A stretch of DNA of 64,000 nucleotides from contig CM119270.1 of assembly GCA_051294375.1 (NCBI GenBank), forward strand, positions 7,389,143 to 7,453,142, read 5' to 3'. The stretch is from Paraspadella gotoi. Taxonomy: Eukaryota > Animalia > Chaetognatha. A program made the translations under genes and the position numbers. The notes under the pieces are model-generated. The model was given only the letters and a program-made list of their open reading frames with translations. It made no database searches and had not been told where the DNA came from. Shown piece after piece: positions 1 to 14,243 of this stretch. Numbering within the stretch: the stretch's first letter is position 1; each line of letters starts with the position of its first letter.

Positions 1-20
1 CCGACTCTTTTAACTCGTAG

Positions 21-1201
21 GAGAATTCGTCAGCTACACGCCGAGAAAGTTGGATTTTGAAAAGAAAATCTCCTGCACAGGTGAGCACAAACTGATGTGA
101 AAGGTATTTGGATTTTACCGATTATAAGGTGCAGAATTAAAATTTTTAAGATAATATTTATTAAATTTATTTTATTTCAGCGACGAATCCGATCACAAGA
201 AAACACGTGGAAAACTACGTGACGGTTCACGTGAGATACAACTGCAGCGCGGAATGCACGATCGATTACGGAGACCAGTGAGTCTGGGCCTTTGTTTGTT
301 TATTTCTTTATTTGTTAATTTGTTTATTCATTAATAAAATGGTCATTTGGAACAGCCAAGAGTCTCGGGACGGCAAATCCCTCCTTTGCACATTCGACAA
401 ATACCCGAAGGTGGATTACGAATCGGCGAAGCTCATGATCGACGTCATCGGGAACGATCTCAACGTCTCCTATCACAGGTCGGAATCATCTATCACAAGT
501 CACTTCCATTAATTCGCTCAAGAAAATCATTAAGTTGTTTTCGCTTCTTTGTTTGCATCGTTCCTCGAACTTAATCCAAATCATTTTTGCCTTACCCTAT
601 CAGAATTCCGAGTCACGCTTCCGCCAACAAACTCACCGTGCGCGTTGTGGTCCGACTCAACCCCTCCGCCTCATACTCCAAGGTAGGGTTTTTTGGGGGG
701 GCCAAATTCCTTCAACTTTATTTCCCCATTTTGGTCTCAAAAAAATCAAATCAATCAAATGTTCGTCGATTTATTCATTGATTCATTGATTTATTCATTC
801 ATCTTTGTTTCAATAACTAATTGATTCATTGATTGATTGATTTATTCATTCATCCAGGCGTTCGTCAAGGCCCAGCACCCCGACATGCCCCGTTCTTGGC
901 AAACGAGTTTCGTTCTCGAGAAAAGAGACCAATCAGAATTCGACGTCGACGCAGAATCAGCGGCTCCGGTTTTGACTGGTCAGTTGGCATTTTAAAATCA
1001 ATAAATTAATCAATCAATTTATCATATATTAAAAACATATTTTACTTTAATTACATGGAAAAATTGAAAATAGGAAGTCGATTGTGAAAAAAAAAACAAC
1101 TGTCTGTTATTCCTTGAGTCACTGATTAAATCAATTGATTTAAAAGTGATTTTATTAAAAAATATTACGATAACATTAAATAAATAAATAAATAAAAAAA
1201 A

Positions 1202-1292
<91 letters not shown>

Positions 1293-1691
1293 ATCCATTA
1301 ATCAATCAATCAATCAATCAATCACCTCCTTCCTCCTTCAAAAAAGCCGAACTCACCTGGAACTCTTGGCTGAAATCCCCCGGAGGGATGATGATGATCA
1401 TCGGCTTCTTCCTCGTCTTCGCTTTGCTCCTTTTGCTTTTTCTCGTCAAACACGTTCGTCGGTCGAGGAAGTCGTCGTCGACGACGCCGACGCGCGGTTC
1501 CGCCTCTTCCTCCTCCTCCTCCTCCTCCGCCGGGTTCGCCGACCCCCGGGCGCCGGAGCGGCGTCGACTCGACTCCTCCGCCTCCGCCTCCTCGTCGCGG
1601 CCGCTTCATTCCTTGCCGGTGCAGCCGCACTCCTTGCCGGTGCAGGCTCTCGGGGCCGCCGGTGCCGCCCAGGGGGGAGGCTCGGAGTCTG
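21..1691 (+). CDS. Partial duplicate copy of the RTK ectodomain and TM exons (~21-80, 181-277, ~355-478, 604-683, 857-978, ~1347-1691)
   Basis: GT-AG exons translate to Ig-like segments (YTPRKLDFEKKISCTATNP...VTVHVRY; LLCTFDKYP) and a TM plus basic stop-transfer (MMIIGFFLVFALLLLLFLVKHVRRSRK). Near-identical to 3052-5360 and ends at the N-gap 1874-1898. Confidence 0.75.
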
Positions 1692-2817
1692 GTGAGCGTG
1701 AAAGGAAGGGAGGTAGTGGGGAGAGTGGGGTTTTTGTTATGTTTATATAATTGTATATATATATATATATTATATTTATGAAAAATGGAAAGATGACTTG
1801 TTTTACTATATTAAACTTTAAAATTTTATATTCAAATTTAAAAATAAATGTAAAAATTTAATAAATTTCACTANNNNNNNNNNNNNNNNNNNNNNNNNCC
1901 CCACACCACGCACGCGATAGTAATATTCGGGCTTCGAAGTTAAAGTAAAAATATTTGTTTATAAAAAAAAGAAATGTCTTCAAAAGTTTAATTGTTCAAA
2001 ATGATAGTTATACACAGAATTTTATACTTTAGATTGAAAAAACAAATTAAAACGTTTCATTATTCATTTGAATCTTGTTTCAAATATTTTTATTTTTATA
2101 TTTTAAGGTGAAACAGAAGTGACTCTTAAAAATGCGTCGTGGACGAATTGGAAATCCCAGGAGGAAAAGTCGAAGTTGAGAAAAGGATAAGGGCCAGATG
2201 ACACCGTCACAAAAGAGAGGATAAAGGATGCTAAGAGATGAGGTAGAGAAAGAGAGGAAGAAATCGCTTAGAGGAGTTTAGAGGTTGAATAATGAGATGG
2301 TAATGAATAGGAAATGAGTAGAAATGAGTTCAAAATTACAAATGTGAGTGATCTAAGTAGCATGTACTCCTGTGTTAGCGTGATATGATTTGAATTGATT
2401 TTGACGATTGATTATTTTTGATTGATTTCTCCAAATCGATGCAGGGAATTAAAGAGGTACGGTTACCCGACGAGATCGGGACGAATTTGGACGCATTGCG
2501 AGTACGTGTGCTTGGTTTCCTCGCGGTAAGCAGTCGGGCAATATAATTAATCAAGCGCAAATTTTGAGCTCTGCTTTTTTTTTTCGGCCAGGCTTCTGGA
2601 CGAGCCGCTGTGGGACTCCAAGAGGCTTCAAGTGGCCCATGGTCCTTCCACGATTTCCATTGAGGGTGAGTGACAGCCAAGCACATGATTTTTAATTGAC
2701 GGTTCAATGTTTGACTGTTTAACAATTTTTCATTGACTTTTTCACCAACCCCCAACTATCTTAACCCAGGAATAGCCTTTTTTTTACCTTTAATACTTAT
2801 CTCATCTTAACCCACAG

Positions 2818-2953
2818 GTGATCAAAAATTCGTGCGGGCAAGCGACGACTTTAATTGTGCGACGCGAGAGTCAAATCCAAAGTCTGACATTAGTTGGGTC
2901 ATTGCCGGATGGAGTCGGAAAAATGGTGAGTCTCTCTCTCTCTCTCTCTCTCG

Positions 2954-3017
<64 letters not shown>

Positions 3018-4662
3018 CAAGTAAATATAAATATAAATATAAGTATATAAACCCGACTCTTTTAACTCGTAGAGAATTCGTCAGCTACAACGCCGAGAAA
3101 GTTTGGATTGGAAAAGAAAATCTCCTGCACAGGTGAGCAGCAAACTGATGTGAAAGGTATTTGGATTTTTTACCGATTATAAGTGCAGAATTAAATTTTT
3201 AGATAATATTTATTAAATTTATGAAATTTGGTCAACCAATATAAAAATTATCCATTCATTTAATAAATAAGCTATCTTCCCCTGACTTTGGACAGGCTTG
3301 GTGGTTTAAGGCCTCCATCACTCTTACAGATAATGACATAGCAGGTCCCTGCAAGGCTTTCAATTAAGCCTCTCTCACAGTCTCGTTTATTCACTCCCAG
3401 AGTACCTGGCTTCCCTATCAATGAGTGAAAATATTTCAAAGAATGTTTCAATTGTATGAAAAGACCACTCCTTAAGTATTAGATTCGGGGAAATACTTAT
3501 TGTCTCCGCACTAGCATCAAAACAAGGAGCCTGAATTTTATGAAAATTGGTACAACCAATATAAAAATTATCCATTCATTTAATAATAAGCTATCTTGCC
3601 CCTGACTTTGGACAGGCTTTGGTGGTTTAAGCGCCTCATCACTTATTTCAGCGACGAATCCGATCACAAGAAAACACGTGGAAACTACGTGACGGTTCAC
3701 GTGAGATACAACTGCCAGCGCGGAATGCACGATCGATTACGGAGGACCAGTGAGTCTGGGCCTTGTTTGTTTATTTCTTTATTTTTTAATTTGTTTATTC
3801 ATTAATAAAATCGTCATTTGAACAGCCAAGGAGTCTCGGACGGCAAATCCCTCCTTTGCACATTCGACCAAATACCCGAAGGTGGTATTACGAATCGGCG
3901 AAGCTCATGATCGACGTCATCGGGGAACGATCTCAACGTCTCCTATCAAGGTCGGATCATCATCACAAGTCACTTCCATTAATTCGCTCAAGAAAATCAT
4001 TAATTTGTTTTCGCTTCTTTGTTGCATCGTTCCTCGAACTTAATCCAATCATTTTTGCCTTACCCTATCAGATTCCGAGTCACGCTTCGCCAACAAACTC
4101 ACGTGCGCGTTGTGTCCCGACTCAACCCCTCCGCCTCATACTCCAAGGTAGGGTTTTTTGGGGGGCCCAAATTCCTTCACTTTTTTCCCCATTTTGGTCT
4201 CAAAAAAATAAATCAAATCAATGTTCGTCGATTTATTCATTGATTCATTGATTATCATCATCTTTGTTTCAATAACTAATTGATTCATTGATTGATTGAT
4301 TTATTCATTCATCCAGGCGTTCGTCAAGCCCAGCACCCCGACATGCCCCGTTCTGGCAAACGAGTTTCGTTCTCGAGAAAAGAGACCAATCAGAATTCGA
4401 CGTCGAACCGCAGAATCAGCTGGCTCCGGTTTTGACTGGTCAGTTGGCATTTTAAAATCAATAAATTAATCAATTTTTTCAATTTATCATATATTAAAAA
4501 CATATTTTACTTTAATTACATGGAAAAATTGAAAATAGGAAGTCGATTGTAAAAAAAAACAACTGTCTGTTATTTCCTTGAGTCACTGATTAAATCAATT
4601 GATTTAAAAGTGATTTATTAAAAAAATAATTACGATAACATAAATAAATAAATAAATAAAAA

Positions 4663-4693
<31 letters not shown>

Positions 4694-4712
4694 AAATAAA
4701 TAAATAATAAAA

Positions 4713-4751
<39 letters not shown>

Positions 4752-7700
4752 AATAAAATAATAAATAAATAAATAAATCCATTAATCAATCAATCAGATC
4801 AATCAATACCTCTTCCTCCTTCGAAAAAAGCCGAACTTCACCTGGAACTCTTGGCTGAAATCCCCCGGAGGGATGATGATGATCATCGGCTTCTTCCCTC
4901 GGTCTTCGCTTTGCTCCTTTTGCTTTTTGTTCTCGTCAAACACGTTCGTCGTCGAGGAAGTCGTCGTCGACGACGCCGACGCGCGGTTCCGCCTCTTCCT
5001 CCTCCTTCCTCCTCCTCGCCGGGTTGCCGACCCCCGGGCGCCCGGAGCGGCGTCGACTCGACTCCTCCGCCTCCGCCTCCTCGTCGCGGCGCCCTTCATT
5101 CCTTGCCGGTGCAGCCGCACTCCTTGCCGTGCAGGCTCTCGGGCCGCCGTGCCGCCCAGGGGGAGGCTCGGAGTCTGTGAGCGTGAAAGGAAGGGGGCAG
5201 TGGGAGAGTGCGGTTTTTGTTATGCTTATATAATTGTATATATATAATATATAATTATAGTTATGAAAAATGGAAAGATGACTTGTTTACTATATATAAA
5301 CTTTTAAAAATTTTATATTCAATTTAAAAAATAAATGTAAAAATTTAATAAATTTCACTATATATAGATTTATTTGGTTTGGAATTCATAGTAAAATTCT
5401 TTATCGTTTAATGTCATTTTTTTACAAACTCCCCCGTCACACAGAGCCTCCACCCCCACCACCCCCACTTGGAACCCTTCCCTACCCTCCCCCACCCCTG
5501 CACGACCGCCCCACTGCGCCTCTCACTTCCTTCAGATCCTACTCGACGCAGCCTCCTCTCCTCAGAATCGGGTAAGTTCGGTTTTACAATGTTCTCTGGT
5601 GAACTGGGAAAATTATTCAATTTAACATTTTATCAACAACAATTTTTTCAAGAAAAAAAGGGGAAAAATACATGAATTATGAATTAAAGTAATAGGAATA
5701 TATCTAATTGAATTATATGATGACTATTGACTATCCTTCTCCAGGAATCGCCTCCTCCCGATCCGCCTCCCGCTCCGCCTCCCGCATAGACTCGGCTCAT
5801 CCCGCGACTCAATCACATCCGGGTCGCGACCTCGCTCTACCGGTTTCACTTCCGGGTTCGCCGACTCCGACGGACGAAACTCCAATGATATGTCCGAGAA
5901 ATTGCGATGGAAAGGCGCACGGATACAGGTCCTAGTTGTAAAGTTGTAAACAATAGTTACTAATTATTGCTAATAATTTTTTATTCGCTTATTAAACTTA
6001 TTCTTAATTTTATCAAACTTTGATGATTAGCTTTGTTTATTTGCCTCACGTTTTTTTTTCTTTCTTTTTAGATGTCGATCGAATTCTACTGTTTCGGGAA
6101 ACCGAACACATTATTACTTCAACGGAGACGTGAGAAACTTTAAAGGAATTGAATTTCCGCGGAAAAATCTCATCACCAAAGAAACGATTGGTGAGTGAAA
6201 CTGAAAGGATTTGTTCACGGGGGAATTGAGAAAAAAAAGAGCATAGCCGAGCTCCTACTTATCATTAGAGGTCGCTATGTATCAAAGTTTAGTGAAAATG
6301 AAACAAAAAACCTCTTTAACTCGAAATGAAAGTAAGTAATGAACGCGAGTAGGCGAACTGTATTTTTAAAAAAAAATAAGAAAAAAAAAAGATTATTTTT
6401 CAAGAAATTTTCATCGCTTACCTTACTCTATCAATCTCTCTTCACGATTCCCCCCTCGTTTTTTTCCAACCAATCAGGGCTCGGAGAATACGGCAAAGTC
6501 GTCAAGGGTCTGGCCTTTAATCTTGACGGTTCGGAGGAATGGCGACAAGTCGCCGTCAAGATGCTGAAGGAAGACGCGGACAAGAAAAACAAGGAAGCGC
6601 TGATGGTGGAGATGTCCATCATGCGCCTAGTCGATCCGCACAAGAACATCGTCAAGCTGCTGGGGTGCTGCATCGACCAGGTGATTGGGAAGAAGGTTGT
6701 TGGGAAATTCGTCTTGCGTCTGAGTAAAACAACAGCATACGGTTTAAGCATTCTGTTCTATAATATTTAATAGTTATAATTTAAGAATTGCGTCGATACT
6801 CTGACCGAGGTCATGACCACCAAAAAAATAAGGACTTCTGACCTGCAACCCCAGACCCATTTAATAAAAAAACAAACTGACCGTCCCCATAACAGGATCC
6901 TTATATGATGATTCTCGAATTCATGACGCAAGGAAATCTCCAGGATCATCTCCGGAAAGCCTCCGCCTCCACGCCCATTCCGGTCACCGCCAACGACTTG
7001 GTCAACTATGGATACCAAGGTGAGGGAACGGATCATTTCTTTTATAGAGAATGAGCTTATTTTCAGTTTAGACTAGAAAATACAAGCGAGAAGAGAACTT
7101 AGTAAAAACCTTTCTTTCTATTCAAACTCTCGCTCTATTGCTCTCTTCAATGAACTTCGGTGTCTATTTATTTCATTTTCCAATTTCATTTAGTCTTTGA
7201 TTAACTTTCCTTGAAGAGACAGTAATTTATTTTTATGTGATAAGTAGACAGAACCGTTTCAATATTAAGCAAGTCCACTGAGCTTCGGCATCAGGCTGTC
7301 AACACCATGTTGGACAGGCGGGTTAAGCGCCCCGTCGCGCTCTTAACTGCGCAGAACGACCACCGGGCCTTAGAGACCCCGGAGCCTTTTGGTGTTGGGT
7401 AGGGCGAATGACATTGCCTCCGTGCACCAATGGCCGCTGGATGAACGGTTGGTGGATTTTAGTCCACCATACCTTATACGATTAGGCCTTGCAGCAACTT
7501 AACTATCTCGTCCCCTTCTCGCCTTCCCTTCCCAGTGGCCTGCGGCATGCAGCACCTCTCCCTCGCCCACGTGATCCACCGTGACCTCGCGGCGCGCAAC
7601 ATCCTCCTCGGCGCGGACGGCGTCGTCCGCGTCGCCGACTTCGGCCTCGCGCGCGACGTCTTCGGATTTGGCTCCTACGAACAAAAGTCCGAAGTTCGGC

Positions 7701-7799
7701 TGCCGATCCGATGGATGGCGCCAGAGTTTCTGTTCAAGGTGAGCGGATGATCTTCTGTTTCTTTTGGGTATATTATTATTATTATTGTTTTATTAATTA

Positions 7800-7843
<44 letters not shown>

Positions 7844-7856
7844 TATTATTATATTA

Positions 7857-7898
<42 letters not shown>

Positions 7899-8546
7899 TT
7901 TATTATTATATTATTTAATGAAGTCAAACCTTTATAATTATCCCATCACAAATTCTTCCTTTCAACTCTATAATCCAGGGAACATCGTCGTCGGCGAGCG
8001 ACGTCTGGAGCTACGGGGTGCTCCTGTGGGAGATCGTAACTCTAGGAGCGACGCCCTATGGGCACATGAGGAGCGACGTGGTCATGAGATGGGTAAGAGA
8101 GAGAAAAAAGAGAGAGAAAGTTAATGTTGATATAATAATATATTTCTTTCAGGTCGAGCGGGAATAAAGTTAGAAAGCCTCAACATTGCGGCAGCGACTT
8201 TTACCGCGTCATGGACAGCTGCTGGTGGAAAAGGTAAGTTCTTCAAAAATCTACCCCAAAATAATAATTCGAAATTCGATTGTTTCCATTAATTCTTACT
8301 TGTCTTCAAACTTACCCTGACTCCTTACCTTCAGCCGAGAAGCGCCCGTCCTTCGAAGAGCTCATCGGCCGCCTCCTCGATTTTCTCGATCGCAACGAAG
8401 ATTCTCTCGTCGATCAAACTCAAAATGCTCTATCGAAAACCGCCCAACTGCCCACAAGTGCACCCCCGCCCTCTACGCCCAAGATTGTGACCTTAGTCCT
8501 CCCAAAAACTTTGCTAAGTTCAGAGTCGTCTGATTCTAACTACTGA
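2818..8546 (+). CDS. Receptor tyrosine kinase with Ig-like ectodomain, single TM and Ret/FGFR/Cad96Ca(Stitcher)-like kinase; 5' end not identified; contains apparent sequencing frameshifts
   Basis: Exon ~2818-2925 (FNCATRESNPKSDISW, Ig C..W motif); TM exon ~4830-5177; kinase exons ~6478-6680 (GLGEYGKV, VAVKMLKE, HKNIVKLLGCC), ~6896-7019 (DPYMMILEFMTQGNL), 7536-7738 (HRDLAARN, DFG, LPIRWMAPE), 7979-8092 (SDVWSYGVLLWEIVTLGATPY), ~8152-8233 (LEKPQHC) and 8335-~8546 (EKRPSFEEL). Confidence 0.9.
3221..3645 (+). mobile_element. ~420 bp dispersed element with ~105 bp direct repeats at both ends (~320 bp period), inserted in an RTK intron
   Basis: 'atgaaa(a)ttggtacaaccaatataaaaattatccattcatt...ggtggtttaag' occurs at ~3221 and ~3540. 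Absent at the equivalent site (~170) of the other copy. Related fragments at ~40886-41069 and ~62395-62625, weaker at ~49405-49465 (reverse) and ~53908-53960. Confidence 0.75.
7212..7476 (+). mobile_element. ~265 bp non-autonomous element in an RTK intron, ending in a short hairpin
   Basis: Absent from the homologous intron at ~16255. Its reverse complement matches ~60222-60350 and ~60880-60975. The 3' end has ggtgga-ttttag-tccacc followed by atac. Confidence 0.65.
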
Positions 8547-9792
8547 CATCTGCGATTAACCAATGATGTTAAATGCGCGAGACATGCGCGGTCCGCCGGT
8601 GCTGCGACAAGTCATAACACGGGCTAGCCGAATGACGATGTATAGCCGCTTGACAACTGTACCTAGAAGAGTCTTATAAAGCCGGGCAAAACAAACATAG
8701 TAAATCCAATATATTAAATTAATGCTTTCTTACTTTTTCTGAGCCAAAATAAACCAAAAAAGATCTTCTCTTCTAGAAGTCCACCAAAAGCGAACACATA
8801 GTCCGAATATCGAAGAGAGTCTATGCTCTGAAAGAACTAACCCTGACAACTTGAATCTGAAGATCCTCTGGGTAAATTCATTAGAATCTTAATCGAAATC
8901 TATCGAAATCACGGGCACCAATCAGAATCAGCTGTACCTCCTTCGAATTCGCCTCCGCTTGGTAAAAAAAAACGACTCTTTGGAAAGTAATCTTTTTCAA
9001 TCTCCCGACTGTCGTCCCGATGCGCGATGACCAAAAATACTGACTTTTCACCCAATCACTTTTGCCAAATTGAAATTCTTTTTTTTTTTCTCCCAAAAAT
9101 GCTCGGCGCCGCTAAGGGACTGCGGATCCGTGATTCCCGTGATAATCTTTGCCCCTTCCCAACATTTTTTTTGCTCTTTGTCTGCCATTGTGATTTTTTT
9201 TTAAATTTTTTTTTTCGCTGGTGAAGAATTGATTGATAATCCGTAAATGAACACCAAAAACCTTTTCCCTAATAAATGATAAGTCTTTAATTTTTTATAA
9301 AAAACCTTACATACGATTATATATTAAAATTATTATTAATTAATTAATTAAAAAATGAATCCCCTAAATTGCCAAGGCGCGGATGGCGCGAACGTTTTCT
9401 CGATCTTTTCAAAAAGTTGTATTATTTGATGAATATTACAATCATTACATTGAAGCGGATTGATACAAAAATTGATATTGCGACTGGCCAGTCCTGAGGT
9501 CATACTGAAGGTCATAACTGTTGCACGACAGAGTGAATTATGAATCATGACTAAAACACGGCAGCGATGATCTCTTTATCATCTAACATTTTACATCTGC
9601 CATCGAATCTCTGCCATCGGATGGTATTTTGTAATGTCAAACCTCTTGTCTATATAGTTTACAAAAAACATTTAAAGAAATTTAAGAACATGGCAAAACA
9701 ACTTTTAAAACAAGAAATCTATTAAAATTTTCTACTTTGTGGAATTAGCGCTAATTTTACAGCCAAATTGTGCAAACCAAAGCAACACAATA

Positions 9793-10376
9793 CAGTCCTG
9801 TGTAAAAAAAAACGCGCCACTTTATTTAAGAGTTTAAAAATCACTTTTATACTTAATTTTAAAAATAAAAAACAAAACTTTTTTCCTTTAATGAAAAAAA
9901 TTTTTAAATAATTTAAAGTTTATTGAAAGATAATAAGTTTGGCATACATTTTATTAAAATTGTTCCAATCCATTTAGCAGCAATGATTTTTTAAAATGAA
10001 GTAATTTACCACAAAGCTGAATGTAAAAAAATCTCAAGAATTAGGACTAATTTTTTTCTGATATTTTAAAATATTTGAAATAGATTAAAATAAAAAAAGT
10101 TATACAGGATTACCCCAGATCCCAACGACAATGTCAGCCTTTTTCATTTTCTTCTAGTTAAAAATCCGTAGAGATAAAAATCGATTTTTCCCGTTTGGTT
10201 TTAAAACACTCACGTTAAAAAATCATATCTCTTTAAACCACTTGACCGATCGAAATAAATTTAACACATTAATTCCTTTTTTAAAAAGTTTTATTTTTTA
10301 TAAATTTTAAAAATGTCTTTATAAAACGTCTGGAATTTAATGTTTTAAAGTGGCGCTTTTTTTTTGCACAGGACTG
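9793..10376. mobile_element. Tc1/mariner-type MITE (~585 bp)
   Basis: TA|CAGTCCTGTGTAAAAAAAAACGCGCCACTTTA ... TAAAGTGGCGCTTTTTTTTTGCACAGGACTG|TA: ~30 bp imperfect TIRs, CAGT termini, TA target duplication, AT-rich non-coding interior. Confidence 0.85.
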
Positions 10377-10641
10377 TACATCTGGAACTGGTTTCCAGAA
10401 ACCACTGATGCTAAATCTCAATTAAACCGGTGCAAATTTTACTTTTTGTTTACAAACATATTTACAAATTTGTTTCCCCTCTTTACTCCCGAAATGTAAA
10501 TTGTATGTCATATGTATATTCGGTCATTTTATTATGTAAGCTTTAAGACAAGCCAGTTATACAAAACTGAAAGTTAGATTATGATAAATTTGACAAAGCT
10601 GCACAACACGACAAAGTCAAAATTTTATAAGGGGAGAAAAG

Positions 10642-10708
<67 letters not shown>

Positions 10709-11119
10709 CGGTGTCATCGCCTGTATCCATCAGGCAGGACGTGCTCGTTCCCGTGTTCATCAATGACCCTAAAGCAAAAGGTCCCAACGTCGGCGGTCGA
10801 ACGTTTTCGTTCCACCAGGGGCGACGAGAGGACGCTGACGTCGTCGTCGTCGTCGGTCGCCGCGAGATCCTCTCCCTTTTCCCGTCGAATTTGTCTTCTG
10901 TTTCGATTTTCTTTCGCCACTCAAGAGGGGTTCGAGTGGCGATTTACGCCAGATAGGCGACCGCCATCTATGACGCCAATCTTGACGCCATCAACGTTGC
11001 CCTTTCTTCAAAATCGTCCATTTTGTCGTCGTCGGTTGTTGTTGTTGTTCGGTTTTTCCCATTTTGGCGAAAGAATATTCGACTCGAATTTCCCNNNNNN
11101 NNNNNNNNNNNNNNNNNNN

Positions 11120-11397
11120 GTCCCCTTTCTCGCCTTCCCTTCCCAGTGGCCTGCGGCATGCAGCACCTCTCCCTCGCCCACGTGATCCACCGTGACCTCG
11201 CGGCGCGCAACATCCTCCTCGGCGCGGACGGCGTCGTCCGCGTCGCCGACTTCGGCCTCGCGCGCGACGTCTTCGGATTTGGCTCCTACGAACAAAAGTC
11301 CGAAGTTCGGCTGCCGATCCGATGGATGGCGCCAGAGTTTCTGTTCAAGGTGAGCGGATGATCTTCTGTTTCTTTTGGGGTATTATTATTATTATTA

Positions 11398-11492
<95 letters not shown>

Positions 11493-12193
11493 GTTTTTTA
11501 TTATTATTTTTATTATTATTATTAATGAAGTCAAACCTTTATAATTATCCCATCACAAATTCTTCCTTTCAACTCTATAATCCAGGGAACATCGTCGTCG
11601 GCGAGCGACGTCTGGAGCTACGGGGTGCTCCTGTGGGAGATCGTAACTCTAGGAGCGACGCCCTATGGGCACATGAGGAGCGACGTGGTCATGAGATGGG
11701 TAAGAGAGAGAAAAAAGAGAGAGACATAGTTAATGTTGATATTAATAATAATATTATAAACATTTCTTTCTTTCAGGTTCGAGCGGGAATAAAGTTAGAA
11801 AAGCCTCAACATTGCGGCAGCGACTTTTACCGCGTCATGGACAGCTGCTGGATGGAAAAGGTAAGTTTCTTCCAAAAATCTACCCCAAAATAATAATTCG
11901 AAATTCGATTGTTTCCATTAATTCTTACTTGTCTTCAAACTTACCCTGACTCCTTACCTTCAGCCCGAGAAGCGCCCGTCCTTCGAAGAGCTCATCGGCC
12001 GCCTCCTCGATTTTCTCGATCGCAACGAAGATTCTCTCGTCGATCTTCCAAACTTCAAGAAATGCCTCTATCGAAAACTCCCGCCCAACATGCCCGACGA
12101 AAAGTGCTGAGACGCCTCCAGTCGCCCTCGCCCTTCCCCCTACCGCTCCAAAGATTGATGACCCACTTTCTCAGCTCCTCCCCCCCAATTTAA
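11120..12193 (+). CDS. Second copy of the RTK kinase C-lobe exons (partial, starts at an N-gap)
   Basis: Same HRDLAARN/DFG/WMAPE exon and downstream exons as 7536-8546; this is the cleanest copy of VRAGIKLEKPQHCGSDFYRVMDSCWMEK. Confidence 0.8.
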
Positions 12194-13649
12194 TAATAAC
12201 TTGTTTTGAACTAAGTTCGGAGAAGTGGCGTCTTTGAATTCTAACTGACTGGACTAATTCTGCGCATTCAAAACCAGATGGAATTGGGTATAAAATGGCG
12301 CAGAGAGACGATGTGGCGCCGGTCCAGACGCCCTGGAGATGCTGACGACAAAGTCTCAGTAGACGACGTCGGCTAAGGCCGAAATGACGACTGTCCACTA
12401 AGCCCAGGACTTGACGAAAGGTCTGTAGTCTTTTGCTGTAGAAGGAGTCTGTAGATAGAAGTCCTGGGCAAAGAATAACAAAACATTTAGTACAAACTCA
12501 GCAAATATATATAAATTTAAAGTGTCTTTCTTACTTGTTTCTGAAGCCAATAATAAACCAAAAAGAGATGCTTCTCTTCATAGAAAAGTCCACCAAACCA
12601 GCGATCACACAAAAAATAAGATTCCGAGATATCTGATAAGAGAGTTTCTATGCTCTGAGAAAGAACTAAAAACCCAGTGACAACTTTGAGATCTGAAGAT
12701 GCCACGTGGGTAGAATTCGATTAGAATCTTAATCGAAATCTATCGAAATCACGGGCACCAATCAGAATCAGCTGTACACTGCCTTCGGAATTCTGCCTCC
12801 GCTTGGTAAAAAAAAAACGACTCTTTGGAAAGTAATCTTTTTCAATCTCCCGACTGTCGTCCCCGATGCGCGATGACCAAAAATACTGACTTTCACCCAA
12901 TCACTTTTGCCAAATTGAAATTCTTTTTTTTTCTCCCAAAAATGCTCGGCGCCGCTAAGGGACTGCGGATCCGTGATTCCCGTGATAACTTTGCCCCTTC
13001 CCAACATTTTTTTTGCTCTTTGTCTGCCATTGTGATTTTTTTTTAAATTTTTTTTTTTCGCTTGGTGAAGAATTGATGATAATCCGTAAATGAACACCAA
13101 AAACCTTTTCCCTAATAAATGATAAGTCTTAATTTTTTATAAAAAAACCTTACATACGATATTAATTAATTAATTAATTAATTAATTAATTAATTAATTA
13201 ATTAAAAAATGAATGCCCCTAAATTGCCAAGGCGCGGATGGCGCGAACGTTTTCTCGATCTTTTCAAAAAGTTGTCATTATTTGATGAATATTACAATCA
13301 TTACATTGAAGCGGATTGATACAAAAATTGATATTGCGACTGGCCAGTCCTGAGGTCATACTGAAGGTCATAACTGTTGCACGACAGAGTGAATTATGAA
13401 TCATGACTAAAACACGGCAGCGATGATCTCTTTATCATCTAACATTTTACATCTGCCATCGAATCTCTGCCATCGGATGGTATTTTGTAATGTCAAACCT
13501 CTTGTCTATATAGTTTACAAAAAACATTTAAAGAAATTTAAGAACATGGCAAAACAACTTTTAAAACAAGAAATCTATTAAAATTTTCTACTTTGTGGAA
13601 TTATGCGCTAATTTTACAGCCAAATTGTGCAAACCAAAGCAACACAATA

Positions 13650-14243
13650 CAGTCCTGTGTAAAAAAAAAACGCGCCACTTTATTTAAGAGTTTAAAATCA
13701 CTTTTATACTTAAATTTTAAAAATAAAAACAAAACTTTTTTCCTTTAATGAAAAAAATTTTTAAATAATTTAAAGTTTATTGAAAGATAATAAGTTTGGC
13801 ATACATTTTATTAAAATTGTTCCATCCATTTAGCAGCAATGATTTTTTAAAATGAAGTAATTTACCACAAAGCTGAATGTAAAAAAATCTCATAGAATTA
13901 GGATTAATTTTTTTTCTGATATTTTAAAATATTTGAAATAGATTAAAAATAAAAAAAGTTATACTGGATTACCCCAGATCCCAACGACAATGTCAGCCTT
14001 TTTCATTTTTCATTTTTCTAGTTAAAAATCCGTAGAGATAAAAATCGATTTTCCCGTTTGGTTTTAAAACACTCACGTTTAAAAAATCATATCTCTTAAA
14101 CCACTTGACCGATCGAAATAAAATTTAAACACATTAATTCCTTTTTTAAAAAGTTTTATTTTTTATATAATTTTTAAAAATGTCTTTATAAAACGTCTGG
14201 AATTTAATGTTTTAAAGTGGCGTGTTTTTTTTGCACAGGACTG
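13650..14243. mobile_element. Tc1/mariner-type MITE, copy within the duplicated block
   Basis: Same TIRs, TA flanks and flanking DNA as 9793-10376. Confidence 0.85.

Noticed and set aside
8400-8880. Different predicted RTK C-termini among the three copies
   Set aside because: Segments are collinear but riddled with indels, consistent with read error rather than real isoform diversity.
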